Below are positions 19,746 through 30,916 of a stretch of 64,000 nucleotides of DNA, in pieces. The first letter of the stretch is position 1. Each line of letters starts with the position of its first letter. A program made the position numbers and the translations under genes. The stretch covers positions 224,001-288,000 of the forward strand of contig CAWJIM010000019.1 of the NCBI GenBank assembly GCA_963842945.1, read 5' to 3'. This DNA is from an uncultured Gemmatimonadales bacterium. GTDB taxonomy: Bacteria > Gemmatimonadota > Gemmatimonadetes > Gemmatimonadales > GWC2-71-9. The notes below the pieces were generated by a model. That model worked only from the letters and a program-made list of their open reading frames with translations. It did not search any database and was not told the DNA's origin.

Positions 19746-22700
19746 CTAGCGGTTGAGGGTGAGGGAGAAGACGTACGAGCGGCTCTGGGGGTTGTTGAAG
19801 TAGTCGAAGCCGCGCGCCGGACTGGCCGACCCCAGCAGTGACGTCTCGGGATCAACGCCGGTGTAATCGGTCCAGGTCTGGAGATTCCGCCCCGCAACGC
19901 GCAGCTCCATGCTGCTGAAGCCGAGCACTTTGTTGACCCAGGGCGAGTCGAACAAGTAACCCACCGAGACCTCGCGCAGCTTGACGAAGCTGGCGCTCTC
20001 GTTGAACTGCGACTTCGGGCCGTTGAAGATGCCGCCGCTCCCGGTGAACCAGGCCTGGCCGATCGGAACCGCCATGCCGGCGCCGGGACCCGCCACCGGC
20101 TCGTCGTTGAAGTAGGTGTCACCGAAGACGAAGTTCCCTCCGTCCCGCATGACCTGAGACTCCTTGGAAGTGCCAAAGTGGTTCAGCGCCCCCTTGGTCT
20201 GGTTGCTGGCCACGCCGCCCTGGCGGATGTCCACCAGCCCGCCGATGGAAAACTTCTGGATCCGGAACGAGGTGCGGACCGACCCGGTCCAGTCCGGGTT
20301 CGGATCGCCGATGACGTAGTTGCCGGCGTTATCGGCTTGGGGGTAACCGGTCGAGTCGATGTACAGCGCGCCCGCCGGCGCGCCCTGGCACTGCCCTGCC
20401 GTATTGTCGATATCGATTCCGGCGTAGGTGAGGCCCCGGCCACAGCGAACGAAGTCGGTGCCGTAGTACACGCCGAGAGGCTGGTCCTTCATGGCTACGG
20501 CCTGGATCCCGGTCAGGCCGTTGTTACCTCCGCTGATCGGGAAGGGAACAAACTGTACGCCGGCCAGATCGAGCACCCGGCTCCGGTTGGTGGCAAACTG
20601 GAGCCCGAGATCCCAGGAGAAGGTCCGGGTGGTGACCGGCCGGAGGTTCAGCGCAACCTCCACCCCCGACGTTTCTCAGCTCCGCCGCATTGGACGGCTT
20701 CTGGGTGTAGCCGCTGCTGCCGGCGACGGGCAGGTTCAGGATGACGTCGCTGGAGACGGCTCGATACCAGGTAACGCCGAGGTCGGCCTTGTCCTGCCAC
20801 AGACCGAGGTCGAATCCGGTCTCGAATTCCTTCACCCGCTCGGGACCGAGATCGCTGGTGGGAAGGTTGTAGCTGGAGATGAGACCGCCTGCCCCGTTCT
20901 GCTGGGTCGAGACCGCCGGTCCCCAGCCTCCATCGGTTCCGTTCCAGCCGCCGAACATGACGCTGGAGAGCAGGTACGGCGCCGGCTGGGTCCCGCTCTG
21001 GCCGTAGGCCGCCCGCAGCTTGCCGTAGGTCAGGAAGCGGTCGGTGCCCTCGGCGCTCCGGAAGAACGTCCAGGCCGCGCTGCCCTTGGGGTACCAGTTG
21101 TGCCGCGTGGTCTCACCGAAGGTGGACGCCCCGTCGTTCCTGACGGCGGCGGTGAGGAACAGCTGATCCCACAGGTCGGCGGAGACCTGGGCGAAGTACG
21201 ACTCCAGCCGGATCGTCTGCTGGTAGTCGTAGGGCGGCAGCTGGGCCGAAGTGTTGCCCAGGTTGAACGGCTGAGGGGCGATGAGTCCGGTGCCCAGCGT
21301 CTGCCGCGTTTGATAGTCGTTGGAGTTGAGGTTCTGGCCCACCGTCACCGCCCCGCTCCAGTCGGGACTCAGCTTGTAGCGAGCCGTGGCAGTGAGGTTG
21401 TGGTCGATCTGGAAGGTCTTGATGTAGCCGGCGTTGACCCCTCCCACTCCATTGACGCCTACCACGGTCGTGTTCGAGGTGCTCCAGGGCCACGCCTGGG
21501 TGCGCTCGTCGTTGGCGTAGTCGGCGCCGAGGGTGTAGTTGAACGACAGCCACGAGGTGGCGGCGAACTCGGCGTTGATCCCGCCGTAAGTACGCCCTAC
21601 CTCCGACTTGTTGAACGACTCATTGGCGACGAAGAACGGGTTGTCGTAGCTCCGCGACCGTTGCTCCGAGCCGGCCGCCGGGTTGGGGAACCGGTATGAG
21701 CGGTGCAGGCCGGTGACCGGATCGAGATAGGGCTGGTTGTTGAAGTCGGGGGGCGTGCGCCAGGCGCCCAGCAGGAGCCCGTCGGTGCTGTTGCGGCTGG
21801 TGATGAAGCCGCCGTTGCCGTCGGCGTAGGCGATGTTCGCCCCGACCTTCAGATTGTCGAAGACCCGGTGGGACCCGTTGAAGCGAAACGAGAATCGGTC
21901 GAACTTGTCGTTGTTGCCGGTAATAATGCCGCGCTGATTGGTAGCACCAGCCGACAGGAAGAAGGTGGTCCGGTCATTCCCGCCGGAAACCGTCAGCGCG
22001 TTGTCAAAGGTGTGGCCCTCCTGAAACATCTCGTCAGAGTGACCGAAGCTCGGGGCGCCACTGGCAATCGCCGGGCCCCAGCTTCCCGCCTCATCGAAGC
22101 CGACGCCGCAGTTCGGCGTGCTGCCCGATACGCAGACCGGGGCCACTCCGCTCAGCCCGAGGCCATACGTCCGCTGCAGCTCGGGCACCCTGGCCACCTG
22201 ATCGAACGAGGCCTGGCTCCTGAGGGAATACTTGGTGGGGCCGGGGCGTCCCTTCTTGGTGGTAATCAGGATGACGCCCTGACCCGCCCGCGACCCGTAG
22301 ATGGCGCCCGATGCGGCTCCTTTCAGCACCTCCACGTTCTCGATGTCATTGGGGTTGATGTCGGCCGCGCGATTCGAGGGGGCCGCGCTCGAGTTGAGTG
22401 AAGCGACGTTGGGGTTGTTGTAGCTGATCGAGTTGTCGACCGGTACCCCATCCACGATGATCAGCGGCTGAGCATCCGCGCCGCTGACGCCGCTGCCGGC
22501 GCTGATGGTGGTCTGTCCCCGGATCAGGATGCTGGACGAGGCTCCAGGATCGCCCGAGCTGGAGACCACCGTGACATTCGGGGCCTTTGCCGCCAGCGCG
22601 TTGATCACATTGGGCTCCGCGCTCCGTACGATCGAGAGCGAATCCACGCTGCTTCGCCCGGTGCCGAGCTTCTCCACCTCGCTGACGGTGCCGGCGCCGG

Positions 22701-23082
22701 TAACGACCAGCTCGCCCAGCTGCAGCGGATTGTCGGCCAGGCTGAAGTCCTGCACCGCAGAGCCGCGGGTGAGATCGACCTGGGCCGAACGCGGCTTGTA
22801 GCCGACGAGACGGACCGTCACGACCACCGGAGCCGACGGAACCCGCGCGCCCGGGATGAGGATGGTATAGCTCCCGTCCGGACGGGTGGATGCTCCGGCA
22901 CCCAGTTGCTCGATGGTGACGCCGGCTGAGGGAAGGGGCTGTCCGGCGTCGGTGGTCACCCGGCCAGTCAGGGTAACCGGCTGCTGAGCCGGCAGCGCGC
23001 CCGGGAGTAGAGCCAGCCCCAGAAGTGCCAGCCCGGCGAGCCGCAGCCGATCGCGCAAATGATCAAACGATGAACGTGCCAT
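19746..23082 (-). CDS. SusC/RagA TonB-dependent receptor, frameshifted near 20665
   Basis: Plug motif DINPNDIENVEVLKGAASGAIYGSRAGQGVILITTK; GDPNPDW, SFVKLREVS and YTGVDPE in ORF 19746..20663. Confidence 0.93.
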
Positions 23083-23122
23083 GTGTCCTCCGTGTAGCGA
23101 AGCAAGACTCTGACGAGGTGAA

Positions 23123-23780
23123 TCAGGGACGAAAGCGGTAGCCCCAGGCCAGTGCGGTCAGGATGTGACGAGGATTGGCGGGATCTTCCTCCAGCTTGCG
23201 ACGAAGCCGCGCGATGTGTGTGTCGACCGCACGACGGCTCACCGCGGTACCGGACCCCCAGACCTCCCCCAGCAGCTCCATCCGCGAGGCAATGGCGCCC
23301 CGGCGCCGCATCAGGGCGAGCAGCAGCCGAAATTCGGTGTGAGTGACCCGCACCGGTTGCCCGTCGCGAAGAACCGTCTGGGTGGCCGGTTCTACCATCA
23401 CGGTGCCAAAGCGAATGGTGCCGCTCCAGGCGGCGGACGCGGCGGCGGGAAGCCGACGAGTCCGCTGCAACAGCTCCTGGACCCGGGCGATCAGCTCACG
23501 CACCACCGTGACGTCAGCCGAACCGGCCTCTTCCGGCTGGGGCGCGGTGCCGACCGTATCCACCAGAATCGGCGCCGGAGTGGCGACCTGATACTCGTGG
23601 ACGACCGGCCGGGCTTCTCCGTGCGATGGAGAATCGGCCGGTGGCCCGAGGCCGTTGAGATCCATCCCTTCCATCCCCGAAGTGCCGTTGGGGGTTGGGG
23701 CCGGCGATGACTGCGGCCGGGGATCGTCGTCGATGATGAGAATTCGCGTAGCGCCTCCGAGGCACCGCGATGGCGGTCAT
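23123..23780 (-). CDS. OmpR-type winged-helix regulator with vestigial receiver domain
   Basis: C-terminal VTHTEFRLL...ELLGEVWG...RAVDTHIARLRRKLEEDPANPRHILTALAWGYRF. The N-terminus reads RILIIDDD after a frameshift near 23750. Confidence 0.78.
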
Positions 23781-23935
23781 GACACCCCGGTGACGTTCGG
23801 GGCGACGCTACGATAGGATTGGCGGGCTAGGTGAAGAACAGGATGGGAGCGGAATGCTACTGGAGAGACATGAACCGCTGGTTCGCCGGCACGAAAACGG
23901 AACAACGGTTCAAGTTCCGACACACGTCCGACGTT

Positions 23936-24283
23936 TCAGATCGAGCGCTCACCGCCTTCCTTGAGGGCGTCCAGCTGGCGGGCCATCGTGTCGGCCCGCA
24001 GATCGAAATGAGAGCCGTGCCAGGCCGGAACGCCGGCTCTGAGAATGATCGCCTGGGGGGACGCATGCACGATGCCGAGCCGCTCGGCGATGTAGCGGGA
24101 GAGCGGGCGGGAATGGATCACATCGACGAGGTACACCGGCACATCCTGCTGCAGCCGCCGCAGCGAGCGAATCTCCTCCAAGGCAATTCCGCTCGTGGGA
24201 CAGATGGGGCTGTGCTTATAGACTACGGCGAGTGGTTCCGCCAGTGCGGTAGCCACATCAGCTTCGGTATCGAGTTTCTGCAT
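23936..24283 (-). CDS. ytxJ: YtxJ-family (DUF2847) thioredoxin-like protein
   Basis: YKHSPICPTS, LGIVHASPQAI and WHGSH motifs. Confidence 0.85.
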   Translation of the reverse strand: MQKLDTEADVATALAEPLAVVYKHSPICPTSGIALEEIRSLRRLQQDVPVYLVDVIHSRPLSRYIAERLGIVHASPQAIILRAGVPAWHGSHFDLRADTMARQLDALKEGGERSI

Positions 24284-24290
24284 CTCTCAT

Positions 24291-24330
24291 CTCACGTTCC
24301 GTCGTTCCCCACGTTCCGGCGTTCCTCACG
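24291..24330. repeat. GTGRGGAAC repeat filling the kinase-ytxJ junction
   Basis: Minus strand reads CGTGAGGAACGCCGGAACGTGGGGAACGACGGAACGTGAG; the first TGA is the kinase stop codon. Confidence 0.75.
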
Positions 24331-26575
24331 TCAGCCGCATGCGCTCGAGCAGCCGGTGGAAACGGGCATCGTCCCGAATGCCGTCGAGCATCGGCTCGAT
24401 CTTCAGATACGCCAGCCAGCCACGCCGGTCCTGATACGCCTTGTCCAGCCACTCGAACGCCAGGTCTCGCTGGTCGAGCGTAACATACAACTGGGCCTGC
24501 GCCACCGGTGACACGTAGCGTAGTTTGGCCCTCGCCTCCAGCTCACCCAGGACGGCCCGCGCCTCGTCCACTCGCCCCCGGCGGGCGGCCACGTGCCCCA
24601 GGCCCCCCAGCGCCAGCGCATCGTTCGGCGAATTGGCGAGTGCCTCCTTGAAGGCAGCCGCCGCTTCGTCCAGCGACCCCTGTTGCAGGTAGACCAGCCC
24701 AAGCAGGCGGTGGGTTTCCTCTGCCGTCGGATCCATGGCAAGGCCGCGCCTCAGATTGTCCAGGGCCGCATCGTGCTGCCGGGCGTAATACTGCAGCCAG
24801 CCCATGCTCCGCCGGATCGAGACCGAGGCGGGGTCGAGCTCGATGGCCATTCGCCCGTGCTCCAGCGACTCCTCGAATCGCCCCATCGCGGCGAGAAACC
24901 AGGAGTACCACTGGTGAGCGGTCGAGTAGCGAGGGTTGAGCTCCACCGCACGGCGGAACTGCCGCTCGGCACCGGCCCAATCCCAGTCATAGATAAAGGT
25001 CACCCAACCCAACGAGGTGTGAGCCTCGGCCAGGGTTTCGTCCAGCGCGATTGCCTTGCGAGCCTCCGCTTTGGCCCGCTCCATCCCCTCGAACACGGGC
25101 GCGCCCTTGTAGTCGAGGTCCAGGGCGTAGGAATCGGCCAGCCCGCTGTAGGCCAGGGCGTAACCGGGATCTTCGGCGATGGCCTGCTCGAAATACCGAA
25201 TGCCCTCCCTGATTCCCTCCTGGGTGCGGCGGTTCCAGCAGAAGCGTCCTTTCAGGTACAGGCTATAGGCCTTCACATTGGCGGTGTAGCGGACCGGCGT
25301 CGGATCCCCCAGGTCGCCCAGCAGCGTTGCTCTAAGGGTCCGCACGATAGTACCCGCGATCTCATCCTGAATCGCAAAGACGTCGGACATTTCGCGGTCG
25401 TAGCGCTCCGACCAGAGCAGGCGCCCGTCACTCACCCGGCTGAGCTGGATTGTGATGCGGATCCGGTTGCCCGATGTCCGCACCGTGCCGTCGAGCACGG
25501 TGGTGACGTTGAGCCGGCTGCCCAGGGTCCGCACGTCTTCCCGCAGGCTCTTGAGCGCGAACACCGACGTGCGGGAGGCGACCTGCAAACCCTCGACCTT
25601 GCTCAGCGCGGTGATCAGCTCGTCGGTCATGCCGTCGCTGAAATACTCGTTCTCCGGATCGGCGCTCGAGTTGACGAAGGGCAGCACGGCGATGCTACGC
25701 TGGTCGAGGGGACCCGTCATCGGTATGGCGGTCGGCGCCGGAGCAACCAGCGCGTCGCAAAACTCCGCCATCGTGGCAAACCGTTCCGACGGGGACTTGG
25801 CGAGCGCCCGCTGCAGCGCAAGCTCGACCGCCAGCGGAACGGTCGGCCGAAGCGAGCGGATGGGGACCGGAGGCTCGATGGCATGACGGGCCATTGTCGC
25901 CCGAGCGCCCGAGCCGGCAAAGGGAGGCTGGCCCGCCAACATCTCGTACAGCACACAGGCCAGGCTGTAGAGATCGCTTCGGCCATCCAGGTCGCGCTCG
26001 GCGCTGGCCTGTTCCGGGCTCATGTATGTAGGCGTGCCCACCGCAAAGCCGCGATCGGTGATGTAGATGTTGTCTCCGCCTGCGGCCGACATGGCCGTGG
26101 CCACCCCGAAGTCGGCCACCACCGGCTCCCCTTCCTGGAGCAGGATATTCTCCGGCTTGATGTCGCGATGGATGACGTGATGCCGGTGGGCATACCCGAG
26201 CGCCGTGCCCACGGCCCGGGTGATCCGGAGTGCCGCATCGATCGGCAGCTGGCCCTCGCGGTGCAACCGGTCCCGCAGACTCTCGCAGCCGGCATAGGGC
26301 ATCACGAAATACAGCAGCCCGTCGCATTCCCCGGAGTCATGGACCGGAAGGATCTGGGGATGAGAAAGCCGGGCTGCAATCCGGATCTCGCGAAGGAAGC
26401 GCTGGGGCTCGTACGAATGGCCGGGGGCGGGCAGCATGACCTTGATGGCGACCTTGCGACCGTGCTTCAGGTCCTCAGCCAGGTACACCGAAGCCATTCC
26501 TCCGTGACCGATCTCTTCTTCGATTCGGTAGCGATCGGCCACGGCGGCTCGCAGCTGTTCTGGCACGGCGGGCAT
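24326..26575 (-). CDS. Hanks-type Ser/Thr protein kinase with TolB-like and TPR domains
   Basis: IGHGGMASVY, VAIK, HRDIKPEN, DFG, GTPTYMSPE, SIAVLPFVN and TPR repeats. Confidence 0.95.
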   Translation of the reverse strand: MPAVPEQLRAAVADRYRIEEEIGHGGMASVYLAEDLKHGRKVAIKVMLPAPGHSYEPQRFLREIRIAARLSHPQILPVHDSGECDGLLYFVMPYAGCESLRDRLHREGQLPIDAALRITRAVGTALGYAHRHHVIHRDIKPENILLQEGEPVVADFGVATAMSAAGGDNIYITDRGFAVGTPTYMSPEQASAERDLDGRSDLYSLACVLYEMLAGQPPFAGSGARATMARHAIEPPVPIRSLRPTVPLAVELALQRALAKSPSERFATMAEFCDALVAPAPTAIPMTGPLDQRSIAVLPFVNSSADPENEYFSDGMTDELITALSKVEGLQVASRTSVFALKSLREDVRTLGSRLNVTTVLDGTVRTSGNRIRITIQLSRVSDGRLLWSERYDREMSDVFAIQDEIAGTIVRTLRATLLGDLGDPTPVRYTANVKAYSLYLKGRFCWNRRTQEGIREGIRYFEQAIAEDPGYALAYSGLADSYALDLDYKGAPVFEGMERAKAEARKAIALDETLAEAHTSLGWVTFIYDWDWAGAERQFRRAVELNPRYSTAHQWYSWFLAAMGRFEESLEHGRMAIELDPASVSIRRSMGWLQYYARQHDAALDNLRRGLAMDPTAEETHRLLGLVYLQQGSLDEAAAAFKEALANSPNDALALGGLGHVAARRGRVDEARAVLGELEARAKLRYVSPVAQAQLYVTLDQRDLAFEWLDKAYQDRRGWLAYLKIEPMLDGIRDDARFHRLLERMRLT

Positions 26576-26590
26576 GCAATGGAAGATACC

Positions 26591-27412
26591 CTATAGACCC
26601 TCCACAAATTGACGAATGCTGCCGAAGTACGTAGCGGAGTCGAGCTCGAACGCATCGCCGTGGCCGCCGTTGAGCTCGACGAATGTCTTCGGCGGCGAAG
26701 CGGTCTCGAACAGCCGGCGGCCGTGTGCCAGGGGAACCACGTCATCAGCCCGGGCGTGGAGGAAAAGCTTGGGGATGTTGACCCGTGAGATCTTGTCTAT
26801 GGAGGAAAACCGGCTGCGTCCGATCCATCGGACCGGGATATAAGGATAGAGCTCGGCGCCCCGCTCGATCACCGACGTGAGCGCGCCCTCCAGAATCAGC
26901 GCCGCCGCGGGAACCCGGCTGGCCAGGTCGACCGCAACGGTCGAGCCCAGCGAGTGGCCGAACACGATGATCCGCTCCGGCGGAACCCGCAATTCACCCC
27001 GCAGGTACTGATAGGCCGCACCGGCGTCCTGGTAGAGCCCGGCTTCGGAAGGCGCACCTTCGCTCTCGCCATATCCTCTATAGTCAAATGCGAGCAGACT
27101 CAGGCCCAGGGCGTGGAGACCGGCGTAATGGGCCGGTCTGCCGAACTCCGACAGATTGCCCGCGTTCCCGTGGCAGATGAGCACCCAGTAGCCGGTCGAA
27201 TCCGCTCCAGCCGGGATGACCCAGCTTCCCAGGGTGAGGCCATCTTCGGTCCGAATGGCAGCGCGCCGCACCGGCAGCTGCAGCTCAGCCGGTGGATCAA
27301 TGAGCCGGCGTACAGATCCTGGGAAATAGATGAGCCGGGATTCGTTCAGCCGGAGCAGAAGCAGCAGTCCGAGGTAGGCGATCGCCACCAGGAGGATGAG
27401 GTTCCAGGCCAT
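26591..27412 (-). CDS. Membrane-anchored alpha/beta hydrolase (ABHD17/Bem46-like)
   Basis: CHGNAGN, DYRGYG, GHSLG, DDVVP and GGHGD. Confidence 0.9.
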   Translation of the reverse strand: MAWNLILLVAIAYLGLLLLLRLNESRLIYFPGSVRRLIDPPAELQLPVRRAAIRTEDGLTLGSWVIPAGADSTGYWVLICHGNAGNLSEFGRPAHYAGLHALGLSLLAFDYRGYGESEGAPSEAGLYQDAGAAYQYLRGELRVPPERIIVFGHSLGSTVAVDLASRVPAAALILEGALTSVIERGAELYPYIPVRWIGRSRFSSIDKISRVNIPKLFLHARADDVVPLAHGRRLFETASPPKTFVELNGGHGDAFELDSATYFGSIRQFVEGL

Positions 27413-27416
27413 GCGT

Positions 27417-27487
27417 CGTGAGGAACGTGGGGTACCGGAGGAACGTGGGGACGTTCCGTCGTTCCTCACGTTCCGTCGTTCCTCACG
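27417..27487. repeat. GTGRGGAAC repeat hairpin in the fadJ-hydrolase junction
   Basis: CGTGAGGAACGTGGGGTACCGGAGGAACGTGGGGAC then GTTCCGTCGTTCCTCACGTTCCGTCGTTCCTCACG, adjacent to the fadJ stop codon. Confidence 0.78.
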
Positions 27488-29614
27488 TCAAGCTGGATAG
27501 TAGTGGCCCGAGCGGCGAGACATCTCGAGGAGCGCGGGGGCGGGACGGAACCGCTCCCCAAATTGTTCCTGCAGCTGGTACAGGGTCTCGACCACGCGCC
27601 CTGCGCCGAGGTCATCGATCATCCGAAGGGGTCCGCCTCGAAAGGCGGGGAATCCAATCCCGAATATCGCGCCGATATCGGCATCGCGCGGAGACCGCAC
27701 CACCTTCTCGGCGCAGGCCAGAGCAGCTTCGTTCAGCATGGCATACACCAGCCGGCGCTGCACCAGATCGGAGTGAGCCTCCGCCGGCTTCACGCCGAGT
27801 AGGGGATACACACTGCTGTCGACGCCCGCCTTGTGCCCCTCGCGATACTTGTAGAAGCCGCGGCCGTTTTTTCGCCCGAGGCGGGTGGCGCCCAGCATCC
27901 GGCTCAGCGCGCCCGCGGGCTTCATCCGCTCGCCGAATGCCTCGTGCATCACGCTCCCCGCCTTGTCGGCGACGTCCAGCCCAACCTCATCCAGCAACGC
28001 GACAGGACCTACCGGAAAACCGAACGCGGTCATGGCTTGATCGATGACCGGGATGGGTACCCCATCCTGCAGCAGATGTCCCGCCTCATTGAGGTAGGGT
28101 GACAGGATCCGGTTAACCCAGAAGCCGGGCTTGTCGGCCACCACGATTACCGTTTTCCCCATTCGCCGGCCGAACCTGACTGCGGTAACCAGCGTGTCGC
28201 CGGAGGTGGCTTCTGTCGGAATAACCTCGACCAGCGGCATCCGCTCCACCGGCGAGAAGAAGTGCATCCCCAGCACCCGTTCCGGCCGGCGGGCGTTCTC
28301 GGCGATGCGGCCGATGGGAATAGTGGAAGTGTTGGTGGCAAAAATGGCGTCCGGCCGCACCACCGCCTCGACTTCCGCGAGCACCTTGCGCTTGACCTCG
28401 AGATCCTCGAAGACGGCTTCGATTACCAGATCGGCCCGCTGAAATCCGCTGTAGTCGGCCGAGCCGGAGAGCAAGGCGCTGAGCCGCTCGTACTGGGGAC
28501 GGGTCAGCCTTCGCTTTTGCAGCCGGTCGCTCAGCAGGCGGTTGGCCGCCTTCAGTCCCTTCCCCACCCGCGTCAGGTCGGAATCCTTGAGCCGGGTGTC
28601 GACCTCGACGTTCAGCACGGCGGTGCCGGCGATACCGGATCCCATGAACCCGGAGCCGATGATGCCAAGTCGCCGGATCTGTCTCGGCGTGGCGGAGCCG
28701 GGAGTGACACCGTCGTCCTTCTTGAGCGCAGTCGTCGCAAAGAAGATCTGCACCAGCTTGCGCGATACATCGCCCACAGCGAGCTCGCCGAAGGCGCGAT
28801 GCTCCTCGGCCAGGCCCGCGGTGACTCCCTGCTCCAGGCCCACCCGAACCACCTCGAGTGCAGCGAGCGGCGCGGGGTAATGTCCGCCGGTGCGCTTCAG
28901 GACCTGTTTTCGGGCGCCCCGATACACCAGGCGCCGTCCCAGCCCCGTCCGGTCGAGCAGCAACCCTGCAGCTCCGCCCTTGGGCCGACGCTGGGGCAGT
29001 CCCTCGCGGGCCAGGCGATCCGCGGCCGAGACCGCCACCCGCCGCAGAATGCTGGGCGAGACCAGCTCATCCACCAGACCGAGCCGCAGCGCCTTGGCGG
29101 CGCGCTCGCTCCTGCCGGTGAGAATCATGTCGAGTGCTGCCCGCACTCCGATGAGACGGGGAAGCCGCTGGCATCCGCCGGCCCCGGGAATGAGGCCGAG
29201 CTGCACCTCCGGGAGTCCGAGCTGGGTCTTGGGATGATCGGTGGCAATCCGGTAGTGGCAGGCCAGCGCAACCTCGAGTCCGCCGCCGAGGCAGGCACCA
29301 TGGATGGCGGCGACAATCGGCTTATGGAAGGTCTCGACCCGGCTTACCGTCTCCTGGCCTTCGAAGCTCAACCGCTCGGCCGCATCCTGGCTGGTGAGGG
29401 CGGTGAACTCTTCGATATCGGCCCCGGCGATGAAGTTGTCGGGCTTTCCCGAGATGAGAACGACGCCACGGGTGCTGGCGTCGTCGCGCAGGCGAATCAG
29501 CAGTGCCTCGATCTCGACCCTCACCGCGGCGGTGAGCTTGTTGACCGGCTCGCCCGGCAAGTCGAAGGTGATCACGGCAATGCCGTTTTCGTTCTGGGTG
29601 GTGAAGGCGCTCAC
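27488..29614 (-). CDS. fadJ: Fatty acid oxidation complex alpha subunit (enoyl-CoA hydratase/3-hydroxyacyl-CoA dehydrogenase)
   Basis: FIAGADI, GGGLE, LPEVQLGLIPGAGG, GSGFMGSGIA, ATNTSTIPI and GMHFFSPV. GTG start overlaps the fadI stop. Confidence 0.93.
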   Translation of the reverse strand: MSAFTTQNENGIAVITFDLPGEPVNKLTAAVRVEIEALLIRLRDDASTRGVVLISGKPDNFIAGADIEEFTALTSQDAAERLSFEGQETVSRVETFHKPIVAAIHGACLGGGLEVALACHYRIATDHPKTQLGLPEVQLGLIPGAGGCQRLPRLIGVRAALDMILTGRSERAAKALRLGLVDELVSPSILRRVAVSAADRLAREGLPQRRPKGGAAGLLLDRTGLGRRLVYRGARKQVLKRTGGHYPAPLAALEVVRVGLEQGVTAGLAEEHRAFGELAVGDVSRKLVQIFFATTALKKDDGVTPGSATPRQIRRLGIIGSGFMGSGIAGTAVLNVEVDTRLKDSDLTRVGKGLKAANRLLSDRLQKRRLTRPQYERLSALLSGSADYSGFQRADLVIEAVFEDLEVKRKVLAEVEAVVRPDAIFATNTSTIPIGRIAENARRPERVLGMHFFSPVERMPLVEVIPTEATSGDTLVTAVRFGRRMGKTVIVVADKPGFWVNRILSPYLNEAGHLLQDGVPIPVIDQAMTAFGFPVGPVALLDEVGLDVADKAGSVMHEAFGERMKPAGALSRMLGATRLGRKNGRGFYKYREGHKAGVDSSVYPLLGVKPAEAHSDLVQRRLVYAMLNEAALACAEKVVRSPRDADIGAIFGIGFPAFRGGPLRMIDDLGAGRVVETLYQLQEQFGERFRPAPALLEMSRRSGHYYPA

Positions 29615-30907
29615 ACCCTCTCCAGCACCATGGCGTACCCCATCCCGCCCTGGGCGCAGATCGAGAGGAGCCCGAACTGCACATCGCGCCGGCGCATCTC
29701 GTTGGCCAGCGTGGTGACCAGCCGGGCACCGGTTGCGCCGAAGGGATGCCCGATTGCAATGGAGCCGCCGGAGACGTTGGTCCGTTCCCAATCCACCTCA
29801 CCCACGGGCCCGGGGAGCCCCAGCCGATCGGCCCAGGCCTGCGAGCCCCAGGCCTGCACATTGGAGAGGACCTGGGCGGCAAAGGCCTCGTGAATCTCGA
29901 CCAGCCCGAGATCCTTCCAGCTGAGCCCGGCCCGCTCCAGCGCCTTGGGCACGGCGTAGACCGGGCCCATGAGCAGCTGCCAGCCGGGATCCACCGCCGC
30001 AACCGCGTAGCTTCGGATGTACGCCAGCGGCTCGTGTCCCAAGCGCTCGAGCCGTGTCCTCGCCCATCAGGAGGACGGCCGCGGCACCGTCGGTCAGCGG
30101 CGATGAGTTGCCCGCGGTCACGCTGCCGTATTTCCGGTCGAAGACCGGCTTGAGCTTGGCCAGGGCCTCGAGCGAGGTGTCCGCGCGGATGCCGTTGTCC
30201 TCTCGAACGACCTGATCCATGTCCTTTCCGGAAAACCAGGGCGCGATCTCCGCGGGCAGGCGGCCATCGGCGGTGGCCGCGCTCGCCCGTTGGTGGCTCA
30301 TATAGGCGATCCGATCCTGCTCCTCGCGGCTGATCCCGTTTTCCTTGGCCATCTTCTCCGCCGACTGGCCCATGGTTTCGCCGGTGGAAGGCTCCGCGAT
30401 GGCGGGTGTGACCGGGATCAGGTCACGTGGCCGCACCTGTCCCATGGAGGCCAACCGACCGCCCAGGCTCTTGGCCTTGCTCGCCTCGACCAGGACCCGG
30501 CTGAACCGGCGGGAATGAAGGATCGGCAAGTCCGAGAGTGATTCCACGCCGCCCGCCAGCACCACGTCAGCGTGTCCCAAGCTGATCTGGTCGGCCGCGT
30601 TGTTGATGGCCTGAGCCGCAGAGGCACACGCCCGATTTATGGTATAGGCCGGGATGCTGGGCGGAAGCTGGGGCAGGAGACTGACCTCACGAGCCACGTT
30701 GGGCGTGAGGACCGAGGGCACGACCTGGCTGAACACGACCTCATCGACCTCACGGCCGTCCACCTCGCTGCGATAGAGCAGCTCCCGCGCGGCGTGGCGC
30801 GCCAGGGCGACCGCGCTCACGTCCCGGAACAGGGTGCCGCTCTTGGCGAATGGAGTCCGGATGCCGGCGACAACCGCGACGCGCCGGCCGCCGTTGGTTT
30901 CAGCCAT
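29611..30907 (-). CDS. fadI: 3-ketoacyl-CoA thiolase, frameshifted near 30040
   Basis: RTPF, NRACASA, TAGNSSPLTDGA, HEAFAAQ, GHPFGATG and CAQGG. Confidence 0.92.
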
Positions 30908-30916
30908 GTTGTCCCT

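Noticed and set aside
24593..26596. Long antisense or alternative-frame ORFs (667 aa here; also 10669-12120, 28262-29893, 53542-54933, 56414-57757)
   Set aside because: They shadow well-supported genes, lack motifs, and are expected in high-GC DNA.
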